From the NCBI GenBank assembly GCA_965153285.1, contig OZ229110.1: DNA of 64,000 bases; one strand, written 5' to 3'. The notes under the pieces were generated by a model that did not search any database, had not been told where the DNA came from, and was given only the letters and a program-made list of their open reading frames with translations. The position numbers and the translations under genes are program-made. This DNA comes from Podarcis tiliguerta (Eukaryota). This document shows, in pieces, positions 12,131 to 22,378 of this stretch (its first letter is position 1; every line of letters begins with the position of its first letter).

Positions 12131-12242
12131 TGTAAAGATTGTTGATCAGTTCCGCATGTGTCTTTCCAGTCGAGGTCCAGGCCATGGTTCTTGTCAGCAG
12201 GAGTCCCATGAGCAAGGTAGCAAAAGGCAGCGTACAGCTCAT
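12131..12242 (-). CDS. PCMT-like coding exon 1, including a 19-aa N-terminal extension
   Basis: MSCTLPFATLLMGLLLTRT-MAWTSTGKTHAELINNLY. The PCMT1-equivalent Met is at 12185 (55 nt to donor A|GTAAGT); upstream in-frame ATG at 12242; likely acceptor at 12273/12272. Confidence 0.88.
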
Positions 12243-13926
12243 CCCATAAAAATGTGCAGGGGATTCCCAAGCCTGACCAGCCAGTCACAATGAACCAAAG
12301 AGAGAAAGTTTTTTTATATTTAGAGCAAGATCATGTAACGCCTCATGGAAACCAAATCCTCCACACGCAGGAGCCGCCAAGATTAAGAACAGATGCACAG
12401 ATGCAATACAGGGAAATCTGGAGAACACATTTGCCGTCTAAGTCAAATACTAACAGACTGTTTGATGTCAATAAAAGTACTGCTAATAAGTTTAAAAAAA
12501 ACCAAAAAACCCACCAGTCCAAGAAGTTAAAAGAGAGATATTACAGCATTGGACTAGGTTCTGGGAAAGTCAGGTTAAAATCCCCACTGTGTTATGAAAC
12601 TCACTGAGTATGTAGATAAAGAAGGGTCTACACCACCTTGAGCTCCTTGGAAAGAAAGGTGGAATGCAAATGTATTAATAAATAAATAAATTTTGTTATC
12701 ACAGTGACAAAAATAAATACAAACTAAGGACATTGATAAACGTAAGGAGTTGGCCAAGATATTTTACTGTCTGTGGCTAAGCGGCACATAGCAGTGCACG
12801 GCATGTCCTCCTCGCTACAATCAGGGTGTATTGCAGCCAATGGCAATCAAAGCTATTTTGGCACATGAGGCAGAAAACCCTACAAACACCTCCTTCCTGG
12901 CAGCAAGACTACAATAATAATTGTAACATTATAAAATAAAATTATAAAATAGAACCACAGACACTTTGCTGCCTATTAATGGGACTCAAGATGTGTTGTC
13001 CAAGGCAGCCACCTCACACGGCCAAGGCTGTAGGTGTGGGCAGGGAGGGCTAACAAGTGAAATAATTTGCAATAGTGCTCATCTATTCTTTTTTGTAGAG
13101 ACTGGGCTGTGACTGTAATTGTCTGCAAAGCTATATCACTGACTTCTAGTACACCAACTTGTAGAACGAATGGGAAAATGGATTTTTAAAATACTACATG
13201 TATAAAATATTACGTGCATTACCAACCCATTTGTATGGGTTGCTAACTTACTTGTGAGTGGTCACACAAATAACATAAATAACAATTATGTCACTTGGCG
13301 TTTTTTGTTTTTTGCATTTCCTTCTGACCACAGATTGCAATTTCCACCCACATAAATATCTACCTGTAACTTAGGACAACACTTCATGTATATGAGGGAA
13401 ATGGACTACTGCCCACAAAACCCGATGCCATAATAAATGGGCTAGCCTTTAATGGTACCAGTGTTGTTACCATCGACAAGCATACATATTTGTTCCTCAA
13501 AACATGTGTCTCAAAGCAAAAACAAGGCATTGGATGAAGGGCAGTATACGAATTTGATAAATCGTAATAAAAGGAAAGGTCCGCCCCACTAAAAGATGAG
13601 CATAGAAAGAGGCACTTCAACTCAAGAGTCAACCCCCTCCCCTCTTGGTGTCTTATGATGGGGAAGGTGGGGGAAGGGAAGAGCCTATATGCAAGGCTCC
13701 TTGGTGGTAAGAGGAGGTGGGCTGGGCTGGGCTCCGACTCCTCTTCTGAGGGTTTTCTGAGAATCCCCTCTGACGCTTCCCTCCCAAGCGCCAGGAGAAG
13801 AGAGAGCAGACTGCTGTCCCCCCAAAGGCAGCTCAGTCTCGAGCAGCCCTCCCGCTTCCCAGAGAGGACCAAGACCCAGGACCCCGTCCCCAGGATCCCA
13901 CCCCTCCCACAAAAAGGCGGACTCAC

Positions 13927-14060
13927 CTGCGCAGCCGCACTAAGTCCTCCGCACTCGCATTCTCGCCCTCCTAGCTCCTCCTCTTTCAGCAGCTGCTTAT
14001 TACGGCATTTGAGAGTAACTGGGGGAATTGAGGCCTGCTGTTGTTTACGCTGTTGCGTAA
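13927..14060 (-). other. Putative non-coding exon 1 of the PCMT-like gene
   Basis: Consensus donor CAG|GTGAGT at 13927/13926 at the edge of the CpG island. The 5' end is approximate. Confidence 0.6.
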
Positions 14061-14570
14061 CCGGGAGAGAGAAGCCGCCGATCAGTAACTTCCGCCCGGC
14101 TTTAAGATGTCGCGCGCGACGGTTCCTAAAGAGATCGTATAAAATGAAGATATCCTCACTTCCGGTTCTGCTTAGGCACTTCCATGCTCAGGGGCCTGAG
14201 GGGTGGGGCACATGTCCGTGCAAAATTGCCAATGACGTAGCGATAAAGCTGACAGGACTTTCTGGTTCCTCTGCTCTGAAATAATCACGCCCGCCGCGCC
14301 CTGCCTCCAGGGGTTATTTCTTCTTGATTTCGCCACCGTTCTTACCCCGCACCGCCTAAGTTTGTCAAGGGGAGCCGGAAGTCTTGTTTGCGAACCATTC
14401 AGCCTTCTCCTTTGCTACCTGCCAAGCTTTGGTGGTGATTGGTATCCCTCCGCAGCCTATGGGAGCGGGAAAGCTGTGCTCTGTTCACTGATTGGCCAGT
14501 TTGGGACAACAGTCGGTTCCTTGCTCCCCGCCCCGCCCTTCCTGGCTCCCGAGACTTCTGCCCTTTGTGG
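14060..14570. promoter_or_regulatory. Bidirectional CpG-island promoter (PCMT-like / CCDC32)
   Basis: ETS/GABP motifs (ACTTCCG ~14088, CACTTCCGG ~14157, CCGGAAGT ~14376), TGACGT ~14233, ATTGG boxes ~14438 and ~14491, GC box ~14526; oppositely facing splice donors on either side. Confidence 0.75.
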
Positions 14571-14615
14571 ACTCTGAAAGCGACGGAGGGGGCAGAGCAG
14601 CCTCAGCCGCTCCAG
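14560..14615 (+). other. CCDC32: Putative non-coding exon 1 of CCDC32
   Basis: Donor CAG|GTAGGC at 14615/14616 in the CpG island. The start is approximate. Confidence 0.55.
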
Positions 14616-15786
14616 GTAGGCGAACAGGAGGGGCGCAGGAGGGGACGCCGGCGGGGGGGGGGGAATGCGGGTGCATGGGAGCCCATAGGCCCCGGGGGAG
14701 GCAGGGGAGCACCTGGAAAAGCCACCATGAGAGGCCTCTCCGGCCAGGCGCGTTTGCTCTCCTGACCTTAATGCCAAGAGCTACTCTCAGGATTGCTCCG
14801 AATGTCATCGCCGCCACAAACACACATAATAATTAATAATAAAATTTTATTTTTATCCCGCCCTCCCCAGCCTAAGCCTGGCTCAGAGCGGCTAACAACA
14901 GTAAAAAGTAACACCGTTTACATAAAATCATAACCATTTAATTGAAATACTGTACGTTCTAAAATCAGTTCATTCTAGAATCAATTCAGAGTCAGGAGGT
15001 GTGTCCAGTTTATGATTGCAAAAGCGCCCACTTTTTCTTGGTGGTGGGGGAAATGCGATTTTATCCCCTTGCCGTATTGTCCCTGGTGTCCTATTGCTTT
15101 TATCTCGTGCGCAGCGGGATCCCAGGTCTGTGGACTTGGAGGGTCGTGTGCCCGAAATCCAGTGGCAGAAGCCTGGCCTGGTCACAGCGACCAGGGGAGG
15201 TGGCTGCTGTAGCTTTTCTCCGACCCCCCCCCCCGACCCCCGAGGCCTTACTCCCAACCTGCTGCTTCACACCATTGGAAAGAGCCGGTCGCTTAACAGT
15301 TGACTGTTTTGACGGTAGCTGTAAGATGTACGTGCGAAACGCGGGTCATGAAAACATTCACACACACGAAGGATACACCACACGTAGACAGGCTCAATCG
15401 TCCTTTAGAAATACCGGTAGCAGATTTCCTGTTCTGCGTTTAATTCTGGTTTCCCGGTACACGCTGCGATACAAGAGCAAAACTCTTAACACTGCAGCAG
15501 TGTATGGAATACTGATCAGGGTGCTTGCCACCCCACCCCCCTTTCAGGATAATCCATTCTGCTAGTTTTCTAGTTGTCCTTCTCACTCCTATGGTATTAA
15601 GTGTGCCTACTGAGCATGATCAGTCTTTGTTGGGCTTTATTTGGGTTCCTTGTTGCAAGAAGTACAAGCAGCGACTTAAAGACATTTCTGCTTTGCACAT
15701 ACCTAGATTGCCCCTTCTGCATATGTGTAGACTTATCACTTCTGCTAACTCTGCCCAGAATGTAGCAATTACACTTGCTGAGGTCT

Positions 15787-16049
15787 GTGCTTAAAATATA
15801 CTCTGGGTCGAGAGTGGATTTCATGCTCTTTATTCAGCTCATTGTGTTGAGGAGGAATTGAAGTTCCCCCAGAATGTCTGCTTTATATACATTATTTACA
15901 CAATGGGCCCCGCGTGATAGGCTATTTCCAGGATTCTCCTGTAGGCCAATCAGGTTGCGGATTCACTTCCACCTGGAGCTGGATTGGGTGGCTCCTGTGG
16001 ACCAATCAGACTGCTGCATTTTGGATCCCATTCAACTCAGTACATAACA
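15787..16049 (-). mobile_element. Probable solo LTR
   Basis: Minus strand begins TGTTATG, followed in U3-R-U5 order by CCAAT boxes, TATATAAA (~15889) and AATAAA (~15834). Left end and TSD are uncertain. Confidence 0.55.
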
Positions 16050-16851
16050 ATGCTGAATAAAGCCTCTTCTGTTATTCCCACCCTTTAGATTTTTTCCCCT
16101 AAATATTTTTTGTATGGCTGCACACCTTGAAGTTTCCTCCAAGCCTGCTGATACCTTCCTTCTTTTGCCTACCTAAATATTCATACTTGGAGAGTGATTT
16201 CTCTATTGGTACGTAGGATGGATTGGTTTGCCAAATCTGATGGCCTGCCTATGGAATACCCCCTATTTCCTATACATGCTTATGTGAACTGGCCCTGAAC
16301 CTTGTGGTTGGTTGGTTGGCCAGACATTTAAACCATGTTGTTAATTTAGAACGGTCAGAGTTTTTATGCTCCCTTGTTGTAGTCCTTTTTCTAGCAGTCA
16401 TGGGCTCTAATGATAGAATTGTCCTGGATATTTTTTACATGCCCGTGCCAGTTTTATGTTTCTGTATGGTGAAACAGACACTGGCAATTTTCTCAGTGAC
16501 TTCCCACCTTGCTGAGGTAGGACACTTCACGGACACCCCCACCCCAATCCTGTGCATTCGCCACCATCACTATTGCTGTAACTTCCTACATTAAAGAACA
16601 AACAGCTTCCTGTCATCTTGTTGGTAGGTATCTATAAGACAATAAAGGTTAGCAAGCTGGTTTTCTTCACAACCCCTACTACACAATATTAAAATACAAA
16701 TCACTATTAAAATTTATCATAGCAACATGAACCGTGGGATTCAAACGCATAAAAATACATGGTGAAATACATGTACTTTTCTCTGTCCAAATTATTCCTC
16801 TGTCTAAATTTTCGGAGAGTTTGAATGATTGTATCTTGGCTTGTATCTAGG

Positions 16852-17096
16852 CCTGCCAACGTAGCAGTTCGAAAGCACCCTCGGGTGCAAGTAGATAAAT
16901 AGGGACCGCTTACCAGCGGGAAGGTAAACGGCGTTCCGTGTACTGTGCTGGCTCACCAGATGCAGCTTGTCACGCTGGCCACGTGACCCGGAAGTGTCTT
17001 CGGACAGCGCTGGCTCCCGGCCTTTAGAGTGAGATGAGTGCACAACCCTAGAGTCTGGCAAGACTGGCCCGTACGGGCAGGGGTACCTTTACCTTT
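16852..17096 (+). mobile_element. 5'-truncated Sauria SINE
   Basis: Sauria body and ACCTTT tail; TATCTTGGCTTGT occurs on both flanks. Confidence 0.88.
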
Positions 17097-18463
17097 TATC
17101 TTGGCTTGTTAACCAATATATGAACAAGCCTTAAGCCCTTCCACTCAGCTCTTCCATTCCTTCCTTTGTTCCTTCATCATATGAAGTTGGTTTAATATCG
17201 TGGCTTGACAACCACCTAGGCTGTTACATTAAGTGTTCTTTAGCATAACCCCATTTTTTTCCTATACCCCAGCTTTAATCTTGTTTTTTACTTGTTTTAC
17301 TTGTTTTACTTGTTTATTCCTTTCAACACCCTTCCCTCCCCTACAAACTGATGCTTCTCAACTGCTACCCAAACCCACCCCAAGTCTCTAAACGCTTTTA
17401 TTTATTTAAACCATTTATATGCCTCTTAAGACATTTCCAACACTGTGTGCAAGACTGTTCTGGTGCTTTTGAGATTCAGGTGAAAGATTCTAAGTTATTT
17501 CCCAATCACTTAACTTACAGCCTTAACTGAGAGAATTAGAATCATAGAACTGTTGAGTTGGAAGGGACCCCAATCTAGCCAAGCCCCTGCAGTGCATTAG
17601 AATATTCATTATATCTCAACAATTTAAGCAACCACAGCAGTTCATTAATATATATTTTAAACCACCCCACAGTTTATTTTGTTTCGGTCTGTGACACATC
17701 CGCTATGTCTGCTCAGATCCACCCTCCAAATGCGTAACATTTCCCCTAGACATGGTATATTTGGAACTGATGAAGATTGGACCTGAAGAGGCTATTACCT
17801 GGGACACAGGTCTTGTTTTAGATTTTTAAAAGTTTTAGAGATTTTAAAAGGGAAGGTGAACAGGGACAACCTCTGTGCAGGACATTGCGGCATAGCATCA
17901 GTAATTTTACTAAACCAAGGCAAGTTCACTTATGGTGCAATCCTACACATGTCTACCCATAGCTATGTATCATTGACTTTCTTGAGCCTAACTCCCAAGT
18001 AAGTGGGTATGGGATTGCAAATTCAGAAAAGTACTTCAAGCTGTATCTTTAAGCGTGAGATTTAAAACATAAGCATGATGCCTTAACTGTACCAAAAATA
18101 AATAAATTTAAAAAATCCCCTCTGTACAGCCTAATCCTTTGCATGGAAACAGGAATGCGTAAAATCTGCAAAAAATTAGGCACTAGCTGGGCATTCTAGG
18201 AGCTAGTGAGATGAAGCTGACCTCTGTAGAGGGTGCCACTGGTTAGGCCAAAGTGTTTAGGTGCCTGGATTTTTACAAGCACTCAGTAGTCTTTGAGCAG
18301 TTTGACTTCTGGTTTTTGTTTTTGTTAGTTTTGTTTTAAATGAGAACTGAAAATCCCGTGGCTTCTCATCTTTATAGGATAGAAGAGGGAGGAAATATAT
18401 AGATGTATACATTGTATTACGCAGTTCATAAACTTCATATTTCCCCCCCAGGATTTCTCCATC

Positions 18464-18707
18464 ATGATAATGATTGAAAGTATTGACTCCATAGTCACGA
18501 TTTCCAGCCAGGACCTCTGGGCTGAAATCTGTTCATCCCTGCCACATCCGGACAAGAATGATGAGTCAAGCAATGCATTTGCAGATTCGTTCACGGATGC
18601 TCACGTTCCTGTGGAAAGTCAGAACGAAGTCATGAACACCACTTTCCAAGAAAGCATGAAGCCCTGGGCACCACTGAAGGATTCAGATGCCTATTTGGCA
18701 TCTTTAG
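18464..18707 (+). CDS. CCDC32: Coiled-coil domain-containing 32, coding exon 1
   Basis: QDLWAEICSSLP...NAFADSF...KPWAPLKDSDAYLASL matches CCDC32/C15orf57; acceptor at 18451; donor G|GTCAGT. Confidence 0.93.
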
Positions 18708-18941
18708 GTCAGTATATTGGGAGCTGCTGAGTTGGAGAATTTGTTGCAGTCAATACCTAACCTTTGAGGGTAGTAATTATTAATTGTAATTATTATTACT
18801 GTAACATGGCGGGGGTGGGGGGTGGGAATTGTTCATCTGTATGCATTTAATCTCAAACAGCAAGTATTAGTGTTTTGATCAGCTGAAAATCAAGGCTTTT
18901 GGACTAAAAATCCATTCAGTCCAAAATTATATGTTAAAGAC

Positions 18942-19094
18942 CCAGGCATAGGCAAACTCAGCCCTCCAGCTGTTTTGGGACTACAACTCCCATGATCCCT
19001 AGCTAACAGGACCAGTGGTCAGGGTTGGTGGGAACTGTACAACATTTGTACAATTCATACAAAACCTTTGGAGGGCCGAGTTTGCCTATGCCTC
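18942..19094. mobile_element. hAT (Charlie-like) MITE
   Basis: TIRs CAGGCATAGGCAAACT...AGTTTGCCTATGCCT; flanking TTAAAGAC duplication. Confidence 0.8.
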
Positions 19095-19829
19095 TTAAAG
19101 ACAATGGATCTGTTCCACAATAGGTGGACATGGCCTGAAAATCTGTGACCATTGCTACTTTTTGTGTAAATCATTGATCTCAGTCTCTCCTGTACATTTT
19201 TTGATCTTCTCGGGACTTCAGAAAGGTTCTACAATTTATTTTTAAGAGCACTGGAATGACAAGATAATTGTCACTACAGAAGTAGGCAATGTATGAGAGA
19301 AAACCTTTGCCCAATTTTGTCTAATTTATTCCTGCATAAATCTCTGAAGAGTATATTAGATTGTTCTTTCCAATAACTTTTGTGCAGCGAGCGAGGAATA
19401 TAATCCATCTAGTGTTCTGCTGGGAGAAGAAAAGAATTTGCTGCAGCTAAATTTCCAGAACAAGAACTTGAAGACTTCCATTAAACTTCTTGCTTGTGTG
19501 CTCTGCACACAATAATTTCAATTGGGTCTCTCCTTTCAAATATTTCTAGGCAGATGGGTGAGCAGTGATCCTTAACCTAGAATGAAATGTACTTCCATTG
19601 TTTATTTTAGTGTAGATACAGATTTAATGCAGAACCATTTCTGATTTCCATTTTTATTATGGGTTTGGGAATGAGAACATGAGTGGGCAGTGGAGGGAAA
19701 AGTAGTTTAGTGAGGCATTGCATGCTAGTTCTTTTTTACCGATTCTCTGACAAAATTAAAATGAGCAAAAGTCAGGACATGGAAGAGAAATATCTAATAT
19801 AGCGCTACGGTAAAATGGATACTTTCAAT

Positions 19830-20845
19830 CAGAGGTGCCCAACCTAGGGCTGGGCAATACCTGGTTTTCAACATTGTGCCATGTCACCAGCTAAACATCG
19901 CATATACCAATATATCACGATGTCTGAAATAAAGATGGAAGTATGTAGAGGCAATGGCTGGCTTCTTCCCTCATTGTGCTTTTTGCATAGCACATGCGCA
20001 CGCACACACACCATGATTTGCGATATATATTGCCAGGTTAAAAATTATGAAACCAATAATAGGGTTGCCATGGGACGCGGGTGGCACTGTGGGTAAAAGC
20101 CTCAGCGCCTAGGGCTTGCCGATCGAAAGGTCGGTGGTTCGAATCCCCGCGGCGGGGTGCGCTCCCGTTGTTCGGTCCCAGCGCCTGCCAACCTAGCAGT
20201 TCGAAAGCACTCCCGGGTGCAAGTAGATAAATAGGGACCGCTTACTAGCGGGAAGGTAAACGGCGTTTCCGTGTGCGGCTCTGGCTTGCCAGAGCAGCAA
20301 TGTCACGCTGGCCACGTGACCCGGAAGTGTCTCCGGACAGCACTGGCCCTCGGCCTCTTGAGTGAGATGGGCGCACAACCCTAGAGTCTGTCAAGACTGG
20401 CCCGTACGGGCAGGGGTACCTTTACCTTTTAATAGGGTTGCCATATCTTGAAGAGCAAAAAAGAGAACAGCCTGAGCCTTATAAAGAGGCATGCAGCCAC
20501 TCTCTCGTGCCTGAGCCTGGGCTGCCCAAGCTGAAGCCCAGAAAAACAAAAAAAAATCTGGACATTTCCTTTAAAATGTAAAAATCTGCCCAGATGGGCC
20601 TGTTGGCCCCCAAAAGAGGACATGTCCAGGTTTTCCTGGACATATGGCAACCCTAGATATCACGATATGGACTTCAAACCAGTTTTGGACGATATATCAC
20701 CCAGCCCTAGCTCAACCTGTGCTCATCCACCCCAGATGTTGTTGGATTCCAACTCCCATTAGTCCCACACAACGCAGCCAATAGTCAGGGATGATGGGAG
20801 CTGGTGGCCCAGCAGCAACGGACAGCCACAGGTTAGTCACCCCGC
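19830..20845. mobile_element. Four-level nest: old MITE > hAT element (19845-20709) > TIR element (20060-20655) > Sauria SINE (20072-20429)
   Basis: TIR TAGGGCTGGG/CCCAGCCCTA with 8-bp TSD GCCCAACC/GCTCAACC; TIR TAGGGTTGCCA/TGGCAACCCTA; SINE TSD TAATAGGGTTGCCAT (15 bp). Confidence 0.8.
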
Positions 20846-20953
20846 CTTAAATGGTGGTTTACAATTCATATGAAAACCCATGAAATGGTTTGGATTGAAA
20901 ATTCCTGACTATACCTTGGCCACACTTGTGTGATTTCCCCTCCCCGCCTCTAG

Positions 20954-21110
20954 AGAGAAGATTGATGAGGATAAAGGGTTTGTCACAGGAGGTGACCTCC
21001 AAAGACATGCTGCATACTCTTTCTCAGGCGAAGAAAGAATGCTGGGACAGGTTTCTGCAGGAGAAGTCTGAGTCTGAATTTTACACGGAGGGAACTGAAT
21101 CGGACGAGAG
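20954..21110 (+). CDS. CCDC32: CCDC32 coding exon 2 (157 nt)
   Basis: (E)RRLMRIKGLSQEVTSKDMLHTLSQAKKECWDRFLQEK...; tag|...AG|GTAATT. Confidence 0.94.
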
Positions 21111-22236
21111 GTAATTCAATGAGGCTTTTATTCATGCAGTGGCTTTTGAAGTGTGCACCTTATCGAAGTGCCCACCACTTATGGAGTAAGGGCTGTTCTT
21201 AATTCAAGCCATGGTTTGCCCTCAGCTCTGTTTTCAGTGCCAGGGCTCAGGTCAAAACACACTAGGGTGTTTTTCTGATCATGTGCAGACTGCATCATGC
21301 ACAGACTGGAAAAACCCCTTTGTGCTGTGGGGAAGCAGGGCTGGATTAGGCAGAGTCATCCCTCTGCTCAGCACCCCCCTAGACCTCCCCCATAAAGTGA
21401 TACCAGCATCACTCTGCTGGCGTGGAACTCCATTCCACTCACCAAATGTGCAGGTGTGGTGCATTTACTGCCTGCAGTAGCCCCAAAAGCCCCCAAATGA
21501 GGGGATGATCTGAACCAAGATCCACTGGATCCTGAGCCAGCCCCGTTGCCATCCCTTGTTGGCCAATGGCCTGGTGCAGCAATTTGCCTGCCTCCCGCAC
21601 TGCCTTCTGCCCCAACTGATTTGAGTGACGGGGCTGCAGATCTAGTGGTGTCTCTTCCACTCTTACCACGACCTGTTACTACCTGGTCTGGGTTTGGATT
21701 GCCCTCTTAGTCTGACCCTAGAGGAGACTTTCCCCCAATTCCTATTATCTGTGTATTCTTCTGTTTCTGCTCTAGGTCGAAAACTCATTTCATGTAGAAA
21801 ACTAGTCCACCGGAAAACTGTTCTAGCTGAGCCATTTCTCTCTGTGCTAGTTTTCTGTGTGTTTCTTCATAGGGGAACAAGGGACTCGCCTATCTGCAGT
21901 CTGCCCTCTCTGGAGAGGACCTGTGCTGAACTGATAGGTGCTCCTCAATAACTGCTTGTCACAGAATTCCCTAAACCGTTGGAGTTTAGCCCAAACCCAA
22001 ACCTTTTCTAAGATGTGGGGTAGCTTGGACTGAGAGAGTGAATGGCCCAGGGTCACCCAACTTGAGGGCTGAGTAGGATTTGAATTTGGGCCTCTCTAAT
22101 CTGACAGTCAAAAGTTCCTTCCATTACATTTAGGTAGAAAATAGTTGAAATGATTAGTGGGGATGGGGAGGGGGGGCTGGTCTTGACCTTTTGCCTTCTT
22201 TCTTTACTGTTCCCTGCCCTTTCTGCTTTCTCTCAG

Positions 22237-22378
22237 CACTCTGGAACACTTGAAGCGTTGGCTACAGCCTGAGAAAGTGGCCGTCAGCACCGAGGAAGTG
22301 CAGTATTTGATTCCGCTCGAGGCTCGTATAGAGAAGCAAGAGACAGAAGAAGAACTGGCGATGGCTGTAGAACAGTGA
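22237..22378 (+). CDS. CCDC32: CCDC32 coding exon 3 with stop (protein 180 aa)
   Basis: (S)TLEHLKRWLQPEKVAVSTEEVQYLIP...EQ*; polypyrimidine tract plus CAG acceptor; phases consistent (244+157+142 = 543 nt). Confidence 0.94.

Noticed and set aside
13384-15565. Several 100-209 aa ORFs around the bidirectional promoter
   Set aside because: Low-complexity GC-rich translations with no recognisable domain.
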